A DNA stretch of 64,000 nt from positions 1 through 64,000 of the forward strand of contig JAGXNO010000014.1 in the NCBI GenBank assembly GCA_019894975.1. The letters run 5' to 3'. The position numbers were made by a program, and so were the translations under genes. Below the pieces are notes generated by a model. That model saw only the letters and a program-made list of their open reading frames with translations. It had not been told where the DNA came from and did no database searches. This DNA is from Promethearchaeota archaeon (lineage in GTDB: Archaea; Asgardarchaeota; Lokiarchaeia; Sigyniarchaeales; SOKP01). Of this stretch, positions 9,219 through 18,871 are shown piece after piece; the first letter of the stretch is position 1, and every line of letters begins with the position of its first letter.

Positions 9219-10163
9219 ATGACTGTCAAACAACTGCAAGAAGAAATTTTAACACTAAAAAAGCAAAATGATGTAATAATTTTAGCTCATTATTATCAAC
9301 CAATTGAAATTCAAGAAATTGCTGATTATATAGGAGATTCTCTTGGATTATCTCGAACATCTAATGAAAAAACAAATACAGATTATATTATATTTGCCGG
9401 GGTTGATTTTATGGCTGAGACTGCGTCAATTTTAAATCAGGATAAACATGTGTTGATTCCGAATTATGAATCATGTTGTCCAATGGCAGCATTTCTTACT
9501 CCTGAAATGGTTATAGATTTTAAGCAAAAACATCCCGGATTACCCGTGGTTGTGTATGTCAATTCTACCGCAGCAGTAAAAGCAGAATCGGATATTTGCT
9601 GCACTTCTTCAAATGCAGTGAAAATAACTGAGAATATCAGTAAAGAATTTAATGTAAAAAGCGTTTTATTTGGCCCTGATGCGAATCTAGCGGATTATAC
9701 AGAACAAATGTCGAAAATCAAAACAATAAAAATGCCAAAGTCCGGTCATTGCTACGTGCATTCTCAGATAACTGTGGGTGATATAGAAATTGGGAGAGAA
9801 CGTTATCCTGAAGCAAAACTACTTGTTCATCCCGAATGTGTTCGAGAAGTAAGAGATTTAGCAGATTTTGTGGGATCTACTGCGCATATGTATAATAGAG
9901 TAAAGGACAGTTCTCAAGATGAAAAGGAATTCATTATCGGTACTGAGCAGGGGTTAGTAGAACGTATAGCTCAAGATTTTCAGGATAAAACATTTCACCT
10001 CGCAAAAGATAAGTTGATTTGTTATAATATGAAAAAGCATAATCTCGAATTGATTAAGTATCTTTTAGAAAATTTGGATGATAAAACTTTTGAAGTTAAA
10101 GTCCCTTCTGAAATAGCAAAGCGTGCTATAGAACCGATCGAAAAAATGTTAAAATATTCTTAA
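9219..10163 (+). CDS. nadA: Quinolinate synthase
   Basis: ILAHYYQ, GDSL, GVDFMAET, CPMA, YVNSTAAVKA, CHVH-like CYVH, HPEC, GST, CxxMK motifs. Confidence 0.97.
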   Translation: MTVKQLQEEILTLKKQNDVIILAHYYQPIEIQEIADYIGDSLGLSRTSNEKTNTDYIIFAGVDFMAETASILNQDKHVLIPNYESCCPMAAFLTPEMVIDFKQKHPGLPVVVYVNSTAAVKAESDICCTSSNAVKITENISKEFNVKSVLFGPDANLADYTEQMSKIKTIKMPKSGHCYVHSQITVGDIEIGRERYPEAKLLVHPECVREVRDLADFVGSTAHMYNRVKDSSQDEKEFIIGTEQGLVERIAQDFQDKTFHLAKDKLICYNMKKHNLELIKYLLENLDDKTFEVKVPSEIAKRAIEPIEKMLKYS

Positions 10164-11696
10164 CTAAAAAAAACTAGTGATTTTCTTTTGGTTTCTATTA
10201 AATAAATATCTTTGAAAAGCGTTTGAAGGTTTTCCTGATAAAAGTGCGGTTGTTTGTGATTGTTCCTCAAATTTTTTGATATCCTTATGGTTAAACTTGA
10301 ATTCCTTTTTAATTTCTTCTAATCTAAATAGCCACTTAACAAAATTTTTATATAATCTGCCGCCATTACTTGCTTTTGAAGTATGAGTTTTTTCATAATA
10401 TTTAATATCTTCATCTGAGTAATTTGTATAATTTCTAAAGTTTTGCCCCATCCAAAAAAACCTTGAAACGGAATTTGAAAACTTAGTAATTCTACAACCT
10501 GTTAATTTAACGGTCTTCAAATTGGGTAACCTATTAAGAAAGTCTGGAATTTCTTCAATATTAATATTTCCTGAAAGATCCAAGACTTCTAGATTATTAA
10601 GCTCTTTGATTCCTTCAATATTTTCTATATAATTATTTTTTAAATATAATTTCTTTAGCTTTGTAAGATTATCAAGTTTTGTTATCTTATTTATTCTATT
10701 ACTACTTAGATCCAATTCTTCAATATTCTCAGAATTCTCCTCAAAACCTTTGATATCCTCTATCTTCTCAATCATTCTGTTCTTTAAATTAATTTTTGAA
10801 TCTAAAATAAGACCTATTAATCTATCATTATAAGTTATGATTTTAAGATCTAAATTATAAAAATTGATTTTAGCTTTACTTAGAAATTTGAGAATGGGAA
10901 AACTTCTCACACTCTTATATTTATTATAAATTATTTCTACAAAATCCTGCCTTTTGATTTCTGGAATCTTTTCAATCGCTTTCAGTAAGATCAAATATTT
11001 ATATTTAAATCGAAATCTGTTTATAAAGGAAGAAGTCTGTTGCTTAATAATTTTGATAGATTCAGGATTTAAAGTATTATTAAGTTTTGGAATAACATTC
11101 CTGCAGTATTCATCGATACTTGGAAAGTTTATATCAAGTAGCATGCTTTCAAATTCATCTTCTGTCAGGTAATGTAAATAACCATTTTGAGTTAGGAATC
11201 TAATTACTGTTGGGTGTCCTGTTGCATATCTCAAAGCAATTTCCTCTTTGAATTTTCGCTTAGCAATAGGATCTCCGGCATCAACAAGAGCTTTTAACAA
11301 AGGAAATGCTAAATTGCGATGAAGTATTCTTGTATCATAATTATTCTCTGCCCATGTTTGAATGTTTGAACAATGCCCCCAAAATTCTGTTTCTGGTGGA
11401 ACTTTACCATGATTCCTTTCCATAGAGCGATTGAGTTTAACCGCAGCTTCATCAATCGATTCAATCTCATCATACTCTTCGATTCTATCAGTAGATATAT
11501 TCAATAACAGATACATACATTGCATAAATCTTCGATTATTCACATAGATATTAGTTCTTCCTCCTTCAAGTTTTAGCTTAAGATATTGATTAATTGTGAA
11601 TTCTTTTTTTAAAGGTATTTGTCTTATTGCTAAGAAGAAGATAACAAAAACGAAAGCGAATATTCCATACTTTTGAAATTCAAGCATCTCTTTCAC
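10164..11696 (-). CDS. Leucine-rich repeat protein with a Lokiarchaeia-type N-terminal domain and N-terminal hydrophobic anchor
   Basis: PETEFWGHCSNIQTWAENNYDTRILHRNLAFPLLK domain, LRRs (LDLSSNRI, LYLKNNYI, LDLSGN) and a hydrophobic YGIFAFVFVIFFLAI segment. Confidence 0.8.
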   Translation of the reverse strand: MKEMLEFQKYGIFAFVFVIFFLAIRQIPLKKEFTINQYLKLKLEGGRTNIYVNNRRFMQCMYLLLNISTDRIEEYDEIESIDEAAVKLNRSMERNHGKVPPETEFWGHCSNIQTWAENNYDTRILHRNLAFPLLKALVDAGDPIAKRKFKEEIALRYATGHPTVIRFLTQNGYLHYLTEDEFESMLLDINFPSIDEYCRNVIPKLNNTLNPESIKIIKQQTSSFINRFRFKYKYLILLKAIEKIPEIKRQDFVEIIYNKYKSVRSFPILKFLSKAKINFYNLDLKIITYNDRLIGLILDSKINLKNRMIEKIEDIKGFEENSENIEELDLSSNRINKITKLDNLTKLKKLYLKNNYIENIEGIKELNNLEVLDLSGNINIEEIPDFLNRLPNLKTVKLTGCRITKFSNSVSRFFWMGQNFRNYTNYSDEDIKYYEKTHTSKASNGGRLYKNFVKWLFRLEEIKKEFKFNHKDIKKFEEQSQTTALLSGKPSNAFQRYLFNRNQKKITSFF

Positions 11697-11766
11697 AAAA
11701 TAGGATTTTTGTTATTTTGAAGATATTTTTTTATAGATGTCCAATACTTATAAAAAGCGACACTAA

Positions 11767-12876
11767 CTAGGATTCTTGATTTGATGATAAAGTAAGGATA
11801 TTCAAATTAATATCAATATTAATGCCACTTAAAATATTTTCCTTGAGCTTTAAACCCTCTTTAGACATTAATAATTTTTTCGATTGAGTGATACCTTCCA
11901 TTATTTTTTCTCTTTCCATATCTAAGAAACCCATCTCAATAGCATTCTTAATTATTTGGTTTAATACTAATAATTGAAATTGTACTTGAATAGCGTCCCA
12001 TATCAACCCCATCTCCTTTAAATGATCAGTTATTTCTTCGGCAATAATGTCTAAATCGTAGATCATATCGTAGATCCCTTCTTGAAGATTAATTATTTCA
12101 TCAATTAATTTGTCTTTTATAAGTCGTAAAGTTGTAGTTCCCAATAAATCTTCTTCATGAAAGAAGAAATCAGTATCTCCTCTTTGAATTAAATAAAATC
12201 CAAAATCACTCTTAATTAATTTCGATCTGGCCAAGTAGTTAATTGCTTCCCTCGATACCTTATAAACTTCGCAGAATTGTTCTAAATTTAATTTATATCC
12301 AACAAATTTTTGAGGGGTGGGTTCATCGAAATGCCAGTAATTTCTTGCGAATGCTCCCTGTCCTAAGATTGAGTTATAAAAGATATAAAAAAGAGAGAGA
12401 TACAAATCCCTGTCTTGCTGTAATTCAAAGAAATTATCACCAATTTTAGAGATGATTCTTACAATGTGGATTATAAAAGCATCTACAACACTTATTTCCT
12501 TATAGAAATCGATAAGATCCTCGAGTTTTCTTACATTGTCTTTTAATTCATTAACTATAAATAGCTCATCTTTTAACTTTAAAGGCTCCTCTCCAAGTTT
12601 TTCAATTCCTCGTTCTGTAATTATATATCCTTGATACTGTTTATTGGTCTGTTTGTCTGTAAATATTCTTTGCTCTACGTTTTTCTTTTCTCTATGAAAA
12701 TTTAGATATTTGGAAACAGTCGATCTGCTTAGATTCGAATATTTTATTAAGTTAGTGAATCTCTGTGGACCTAAATTTCTAAGGATAAATAATATTCTCC
12801 TACTATTATCCTCAATGTTACTCGATTTATTTAATAACTCATTCTTTAATTTTTTTGAAATATTCCAGCTTTCCAT
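11767..12876 (-). CDS. Winged-helix transcriptional regulator with large C-terminal domain
   Basis: RILFILRNLGPQRFTNLIKYSNLSRSTVSKYL...YIITERG, an ArsR/MarR-like wHTH. Confidence 0.75.
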   Translation of the reverse strand: MESWNISKKLKNELLNKSSNIEDNSRRILFILRNLGPQRFTNLIKYSNLSRSTVSKYLNFHREKKNVEQRIFTDKQTNKQYQGYIITERGIEKLGEEPLKLKDELFIVNELKDNVRKLEDLIDFYKEISVVDAFIIHIVRIISKIGDNFFELQQDRDLYLSLFYIFYNSILGQGAFARNYWHFDEPTPQKFVGYKLNLEQFCEVYKVSREAINYLARSKLIKSDFGFYLIQRGDTDFFFHEEDLLGTTTLRLIKDKLIDEIINLQEGIYDMIYDLDIIAEEITDHLKEMGLIWDAIQVQFQLLVLNQIIKNAIEMGFLDMEREKIMEGITQSKKLLMSKEGLKLKENILSGINIDINLNILTLSSNQES

Positions 12877-12895
12877 ACTAATAAGAAGTTAGTCT

Positions 12896-12933
12896 AAGTA
12901 TAAAAACCTATACTTTTTTTCTATACTTATACT
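12896..12933. promoter_or_regulatory. Inverted repeat AAGTATA-N6-TATACTT plus extra TATACT half-sites, putative autoregulatory operator
   Basis: IR at 12896-12915 and half-sites at 12922-12933, 20-57 bp upstream of the wHTH gene. Confidence 0.45.
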
Positions 12934-13190
12934 AAAAGAATTATGAAATACCAATATTCATAAAAAAAGTATATTTTCAAGAAAAATTAGTCTGATGTGA
13001 ATTTTTAATAATTCAGAACCTTTTCGAGTTGATTAACATTGAAAAATTTTTGCTATAACATTGATTTAATTATACTGATTCATGTAAACTGAAGTTTGAT
13101 GTAAAATACCGAAGACCTTAAGTAAAAGCTCTCTCAATATCTTTTTAATAGAACATAAAAAAAAAATTTAATAAAATAGTTTGAAATAAT

Positions 13191-13445
13191 ATGACACAAT
13201 TCAGATTTAGATTAACGGGAGTACCCCCAGATCAGGCTATAAAATTGATCGAGCTAGATCCTAATAATTCAATAGCGGAGATCAAAAAAACAGTCCAAAG
13301 GGAATATAAATTAAACCCTATTTTAGCGATTCAATTTATTTTTAAAGGAAAAGTTTTACCTGACCAATTAAAGTTCACAAAAATAGGGATTCATCCAAAG
13401 AAAGACGTTATTACCGTAATGGCTACACAAGCTGGTGGAAGGTAG
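13191..13445 (+). CDS. Ubiquitin-like protein ending GG-R
   Basis: 84-aa beta-grasp pattern: SIAEIKKTV, QFIFKGKVLPD (compare ubiquitin RLIFAGKQLED), C-terminus ATQAGGR. Confidence 0.85.
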   Translation: MTQFRFRLTGVPPDQAIKLIELDPNNSIAEIKKTVQREYKLNPILAIQFIFKGKVLPDQLKFTKIGIHPKKDVITVMATQAGGR

Positions 13446-13498
13446 CCATTCCATCAATTTAATAAGAGTATAACGGGGTTAACACGGGGTTTATAAGA

Positions 13499-13537
13499 GA
13501 AAAAAGCTGGCCACTTTTTCTTTTTTATTTTTTTTTA
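13499..13537. terminator. Hairpin with T tracts between convergent genes
   Basis: AAAAAG-CTGGCCA-CTTTTT followed by long T runs. Confidence 0.5.
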
Positions 13538-13559
13538 GAATTTCATATTGATTCTAGTC

Positions 13560-13985
13560 TTAATACTCAATATACATAGGCTCTCCATACTCATTTAGTT
13601 TAGAAGAAACCAAACCCTCAACTATTTCTGAAAAAGGTTTAAATTCTGAAATTTCCCCGTTGAAATCGTCCAATGAATTCTTAAATTCAGTAAGAAAAGC
13701 GGTCAGTATGCTTTCTGCAATATCTTCCAGTAATTCTTTTTTTATTTTTTTATTACCACATTTGAGAACCAAATGATAATTGGATCTAGCGGTATAAAAG
13801 AAAAAGATAAAGTTATCAAGAGTTAGCATCCTTAAACTTTCCTTGAAACTATTTTTTGTAAATCTACAAATGATATCAAAATAACTTGCTAATGATTGAT
13901 GATCATCAATTAAATTTACATTTACAAAATTATGATAGAACAAAGCTATACCAGCCTTATTTATTATCATTATTTCTTGAATCAT
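13560..13985 (-). CDS. Longin-like domain protein
   Basis: MIQEIMIINKAGIALFYHNF start and FNGEISEFKPF end, typical of Asgard longins. Confidence 0.75.
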   Translation of the reverse strand: MIQEIMIINKAGIALFYHNFVNVNLIDDHQSLASYFDIICRFTKNSFKESLRMLTLDNFIFFFYTARSNYHLVLKCGNKKIKKELLEDIAESILTAFLTEFKNSLDDFNGEISEFKPFSEIVEGLVSSKLNEYGEPMYIEY

Positions 13986-14178
13986 ATTAATCCTGTTATT
14001 TAGATAACTTTTTGATATCCTTATTGAGTTTATAAAGAAACTGTAACTCTGAAAGATTTCTCACATAATTTATGGGAAAATTAGTTTTTAAACTTTTATT
14101 CTAGAATTTATTTACTTCTAAATAAACCTCTAAACACGAATAATTAAGAAAAAAAAGAAAATACAATAAAATTGATTT

Positions 14179-15231
14179 CTAAATAATTTGTTCAATTGGT
14201 ATTTTTTTAATATTGTTAAAAGCAGTTGTTAAACATCTTTCCGCGTCGAATACAATATTATTTATTATATCCGACACACACTCTACACTATCAATAAGTT
14301 CAGCGCTTTGACCTAGAAATGCAACACCCTCTTCAATTTTTCCTTCATATGTTCTTTCTAGTTCAGCTAATTCCCGTTCTACTTTTGCCATTGAAGTCTC
14401 AGCAGCTTGTTTTTCTTCTTTACTTTCAACAAGGTTATGGTTGTCAGCCAGTTTATTTTTCCATACCCTAGCGGGCCCAAAAATTCCTGTTTTCAGCTCA
14501 GTATCTGAAGCAGATGATTCTACAACGATTTTCTTATAATTATCATGAAATTCACATTCCTTGGTTGAGATGAATCTAGTACCCATTGCGATAGCACCCA
14601 CACCCATAGATAAAGCAGATGCTAATCCTTCACCAGTAGCATAACCCCCTGAGGCTATTATCGGAACATTTGGTAGACTTTTCATTATTCGCTGTAATAA
14701 AACTAAGGTGCTTATATTTTCATATGACTGATGTCCCCCACCTTCAGTCCCTGTAATAACTAATCCATCAACACCAGTATCAATAAGTTTTTGTGCTAGA
14801 TAGAGTGAAGGTGCGACATGAAAATGCTTGATATTTGAACCACTCTCTTTTAATTTTTCATAGTGTTTATTATACATCAATCTCGGAGATCCTGCGCTTG
14901 TGATTAAATAAACACACTGTTCCTTAATTCTTGGGTTTTCCATGATAAATTTTGGAAGTTGTCGGCAAAGTTTTATAGCATCTGGTTGTAATCTAGCTGT
15001 TCTTATGTTAAACCCAAAAGGTTTGTCGGTGTGTTCAACAACATATTCCATACTTTTTTTCATTTCATCCAGAGTTACAGTCCCGTGTACCGTAACATGA
15101 CTCAACACACCTAATCCTCCTGCTTCTGATACTGCCACAGTTAATTTAGTTGTATAAAAAGGTCCCATTGGAGCACTTAAAATTGGATGTTTAATCCCTA
15201 ACATTCTTGTAATGTCTGTTTCTATTACCAT
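14179..15231 (-). CDS. Nitronate monooxygenase / FabK-like flavin oxidoreductase
   Basis: LGIKHPILSAPM, AVSEAGGLG, GTEGGGH, IIASGG, MGTRF. Confidence 0.9.
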   Translation of the reverse strand: MVIETDITRMLGIKHPILSAPMGPFYTTKLTVAVSEAGGLGVLSHVTVHGTVTLDEMKKSMEYVVEHTDKPFGFNIRTARLQPDAIKLCRQLPKFIMENPRIKEQCVYLITSAGSPRLMYNKHYEKLKESGSNIKHFHVAPSLYLAQKLIDTGVDGLVITGTEGGGHQSYENISTLVLLQRIMKSLPNVPIIASGGYATGEGLASALSMGVGAIAMGTRFISTKECEFHDNYKKIVVESSASDTELKTGIFGPARVWKNKLADNHNLVESKEEKQAAETSMAKVERELAELERTYEGKIEEGVAFLGQSAELIDSVECVSDIINNIVFDAERCLTTAFNNIKKIPIEQII

Positions 15232-15708
15232 TCTGAATCACTATATTCAAAGAAAATTCAAAGTTTAATAAATTAAATCTTCAATTATTAAATTAAACGA
15301 TTAGTTATTTTAATCAAAAAATCATTTATAAAACTTTTACATAAAAACACACTATCAGAAGTATTATATTTATAAAGAGCTTATTAAAATTTCTGAGGAA
15401 TTTTATTAAAATCTCTTTTTGAAATATTATTTGTAAGATAAACTATGTATTATACCTTAAGTGTAAGGATTTTGTTTTCCAACATATGATATGATTGGAT
15501 TTCAACAAAAATAGACCGTTTCACACAAAAAAAGGTTTATCCCGTCATTAAAATTTCGAAATCTTCTGATTATTTTTTAAAAAATCTATAAATAAAAGAC
15601 TATTTAATTAGATGAATGACTAATTAGTTAAGTATATTTACGTAATTTAATCGTACAAAGTCAAAATTTCATACTAATTCAACTAAATATTAAAATATGG
15701 TGTATAAA

Positions 15709-15897
15709 ATGGCATGGGGAGGATCGCTTAATAAAGAAGGTTCTGATTATCTTAGGAGCATAAGAAAGGCTGAAGATGTGATTCAATTTCTAGAAAATCT
15801 AAAAGATCAACTAATCGGTGAGGAACAAATCCATGTGACCAATGTAATTGAAATTATAACTAATTATATAACAAAACTTTCTGAGAAAGGAAAATAG
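15709..15897 (+). CDS. Small hypothetical helical protein (62 aa)
   Basis: ATG at 15709 lies 6 nt after GGTG. Protein-like amphipathic sequence in an otherwise empty intergenic space. Confidence 0.65.
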   Translation: MAWGGSLNKEGSDYLRSIRKAEDVIQFLENLKDQLIGEEQIHVTNVIEIITNYITKLSEKGK

Positions 15898-15900
15898 AAA

Positions 15901-16470
15901 TTAGCTCAAATTAACAATTTTTTTTAAAATTGTAATTACCTGTTCTGCAGCATTTTGAATTGTGCTTGTAAGATTAAAGGCAAAGAATGGTAAATCTATA
16001 TTTTCACTTCTCTCTTCTAGCGTAATCTCATTTTCCTTATACAAATTTAATTGAGTGAAACCCTCAAGACTTTCAGGTACAAATCCTATCATAGCAACCT
16101 TTATTTCAGGTAACTGCTCAGCTATTAAATCAATTACAACATGAATTGGAATGGTGTGTGAAGAAATTGGCACAGATTCTTGAATATGTTTACGTTCTAT
16201 TATAGCTATCGTTCCTGGAGATTTTTTTAATGTACATGTATCTATTAATATTAGATGTGATGCTTGAAAGTTAACAATTTCATCCATTCTATTCATAGGA
16301 TCAACACCCGCATTGATAAACAAAAATTTTTCATTTGAAAAATTTAAGAGTTCACTAATTATATATGGTCCTACTCCATCATCAGAGAGTTTTTCCTCTC
16401 CAATACCCATGAATACAACTTTATTCGCATCTTCAAGAATATCTAATAATTTGTTAAAAAAATCCTTCAT
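15901..16470 (-). CDS. hycI: Hydrogenase maturation protease (HycI-like)
   Basis: VVFMGIG...DDGVG, LILID, SSHTIP. Confidence 0.85.
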   Translation of the reverse strand: MKDFFNKLLDILEDANKVVFMGIGEEKLSDDGVGPYIISELLNFSNEKFLFINAGVDPMNRMDEIVNFQASHLILIDTCTLKKSPGTIAIIERKHIQESVPISSHTIPIHVVIDLIAEQLPEIKVAMIGFVPESLEGFTQLNLYKENEITLEERSENIDLPFFAFNLTSTIQNAAEQVITILKKIVNLS

Positions 16471-16592
16471 AACAAAGAAAATTTCTTATACGTAATTATT
16501 TTTTTGAATTTCATATTCTTTTTGATTTTTCCATTAATCACGGAGAATAGGGATAAATTCATTAATTATTATAGATTTTAATTCAGTATTAC

Positions 16593-17195
16593 ATGACTGA
16601 AGAATCAAATGAGAAAACGGAAAAGATTCAATTAGAGGGAATAATTAAAGAAGATAAAATTATTGTCTCAGACAAAAGAGGGATTGAAGAATTTTATAGG
16701 CCATCTTATATTGGAACTATTGAACAAGATAGTCAAGAACAAGACATTTTAGTTTTTGATGCTATGGAAGTTTTGCTCCTAATCGAAAGGCACAGAATAT
16801 TGGTTTGGGAGGATAATGATAAGAGCAAACAATTATATGATTTTGAAGGTTTACTGACTTACTTTACAAAATTTGACAATCGATTATGGCATAAGTATAT
16901 TATTTATATGGATTTAAGGAAAAGAGGGTATATTGTTAGGATGGGTTATGGTAATGGAATAGAATTTCGTGTTTTTAAGAGAGGTGCTGATTTTGAGAAA
17001 GATACTGCACAATTCTTAATATTTCCTGTATTTGAAGGTGATCCCATCGAATTAAGAGATTTAGATAAAATTTCTCGAGTCGCTTTAAGCTCCCGTAAAG
17101 ATTTAATTGTGGCAACAGTGGACAGGTTGAGCAAGCCTATCTACTACAGTGTAAAGAAATTTCAATTATCAAATAAAGAGGAAAATAGCGAGTAG
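16593..17195 (+). CDS. endA: tRNA-splicing endonuclease subunit, probably non-catalytic (structural)
   Basis: YMDLRKRGYIVR..G.EFRVFKRGA, RVALSSRKDLIVATVD...IYY. The catalytic Tyr and His positions read F and T. Confidence 0.85.
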   Translation: MTEESNEKTEKIQLEGIIKEDKIIVSDKRGIEEFYRPSYIGTIEQDSQEQDILVFDAMEVLLLIERHRILVWEDNDKSKQLYDFEGLLTYFTKFDNRLWHKYIIYMDLRKRGYIVRMGYGNGIEFRVFKRGADFEKDTAQFLIFPVFEGDPIELRDLDKISRVALSSRKDLIVATVDRLSKPIYYSVKKFQLSNKEENSE

Positions 17196-17199
17196 GGTA

Positions 17200-18858
17200 A
17201 TGCAGGATAAGTTTGTATGTGATACATCTGTTATCTTCAACGGATCGATTCTCGATTTAATTGAGAAGGGAGAATTAGGGGAATATCCTGAAATACTAAT
17301 TTCTAATATTGTTGTCGCGGAAATTGAATATAGGACAAATATTCATAAGGAAATCGGATTTTATGGGTTAAATGTTCTTAAAGAGTTACGTAAGCTAAAT
17401 GATGAGAAGGTAATTAAATTAGAAATAGTAGGAAATCGTCCTACTAGAGAGGAAATTAAAATGGCACCAGGAGGAGAACTCGATGCTCTTATTAGAGATA
17501 CTGCTCTAGAAAATAACGCAGTAATTATTACAGCAGACAGAATCCAAGGAGATGTAGGAGTATTTGAAGGTTTAGAGGTTTTTTATGTAAAAGAAAGAGC
17601 AATCTATAAGCCAAAAGAACCGCTTTCCCTAAAGTTACTTGAATACTTTGATGATAAAACAATGAGTGTTCATCTTAAAAGAAATCTTCCACCATATGCC
17701 AAGAAAGGATCACCTGGAAACTGGCTTCTTCAGAAAATTGATGAGCAAATAATAAGCCCTAAACTGATAGAAGATATTGCTCTTGAAGTAATAGAAAATG
17801 TAAGGGAAGATGATCGCTCTTTTATTGAAATTGAAAAAATGGGCGCCGTTGTTGCCCAATTACGAGAATTTAGAATTGTCATTACTCGCCCACCATTTTC
17901 AAACGATGTAGAGATTACTGCGGTTCGTCCACTTGTCAGTTTAAAATTATCTGATTATTCCATTGATGCTAAATTACAAAGAAGATTGGAGAAGGCAGAA
18001 GGGATCCTTGTATGTGGTTCCCCTGGAGCAGGTAAAAGTACGTTTTGTGCAGCATTGGCAAATGATTATTTAAACCAAAATAAAGTTGTGAAAACACTAG
18101 AAAGTGTAAGAGATTTACAAGTAAGACCTGAAATTACTCAATACACTAAGTTGGAGGGGAATCTAGAAAATTCTGCGGATATTCTTTTGCTAGTACGACC
18201 AGATTTTACTATCTTTGATGAAGTGAGGACTACAAAAGATTTTGAGATCTACGCAGATTTTCGTCTATCTGGTGTTGGAATGGTTGGTGTTGTTCACTCT
18301 TCTTCTGCGATTGATGCAATACAAAGATTCATTGGACGTATAGAACTTGGTATGCTCCCTTCTATAATAGATACAATAATATTCATAGAGGGGGGAGATA
18401 TATCAACCGTTCTGATAATTAAAATGACTGTTAAAGTTCCTTCTGGATTTAGAGATAGAGATTTAGCAAGACCGGTAGTGGAAGTAAGAGATTATAAGAC
18501 GCGAAAGTTAGAGTATGAAATATATTCGTTTGGTCAAGATATCGTTATTAATCCAATAGGTCCTAAAAAATCAAAATTTCAACCAGATAAATATGGGGAT
18601 CTCTCCTCTTTTAGAAAGAGTAAATCAAAACAAGAAAGAATCAATCTCGACCTCGAAGTAGGGAAGGATAAAATTATATTAAGAGCTGTTCCTTCATATG
18701 CGAGTCAAAATATTATTATATTTGCCAATAATGAAGAGATTTTCACAGGATCCTTAAGTAGAAATGGTGAAATTAACCTTTCACTATCAAATAAAGAAGG
18801 ACGACGACTTCTTAAAGAAATTGATAGAAAGAAGGATATTTATGCTAAAAGAAAATAA
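17200..18858 (+). CDS. PIN-domain ATPase (PINA-like)
   Basis: PIN domain (VCDTSVI, GELDALIR), Walker A GSPGAGKST, LLVRPDFTIFDEVR, GMVGVVH, AIQRFIGRIELG. Confidence 0.92.
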   Translation: MQDKFVCDTSVIFNGSILDLIEKGELGEYPEILISNIVVAEIEYRTNIHKEIGFYGLNVLKELRKLNDEKVIKLEIVGNRPTREEIKMAPGGELDALIRDTALENNAVIITADRIQGDVGVFEGLEVFYVKERAIYKPKEPLSLKLLEYFDDKTMSVHLKRNLPPYAKKGSPGNWLLQKIDEQIISPKLIEDIALEVIENVREDDRSFIEIEKMGAVVAQLREFRIVITRPPFSNDVEITAVRPLVSLKLSDYSIDAKLQRRLEKAEGILVCGSPGAGKSTFCAALANDYLNQNKVVKTLESVRDLQVRPEITQYTKLEGNLENSADILLLVRPDFTIFDEVRTTKDFEIYADFRLSGVGMVGVVHSSSAIDAIQRFIGRIELGMLPSIIDTIIFIEGGDISTVLIIKMTVKVPSGFRDRDLARPVVEVRDYKTRKLEYEIYSFGQDIVINPIGPKKSKFQPDKYGDLSSFRKSKSKQERINLDLEVGKDKIILRAVPSYASQNIIIFANNEEIFTGSLSRNGEINLSLSNKEGRRLLKEIDRKKDIYAKRK

Positions 18859-18871
18859 TGTAAATAATAAG

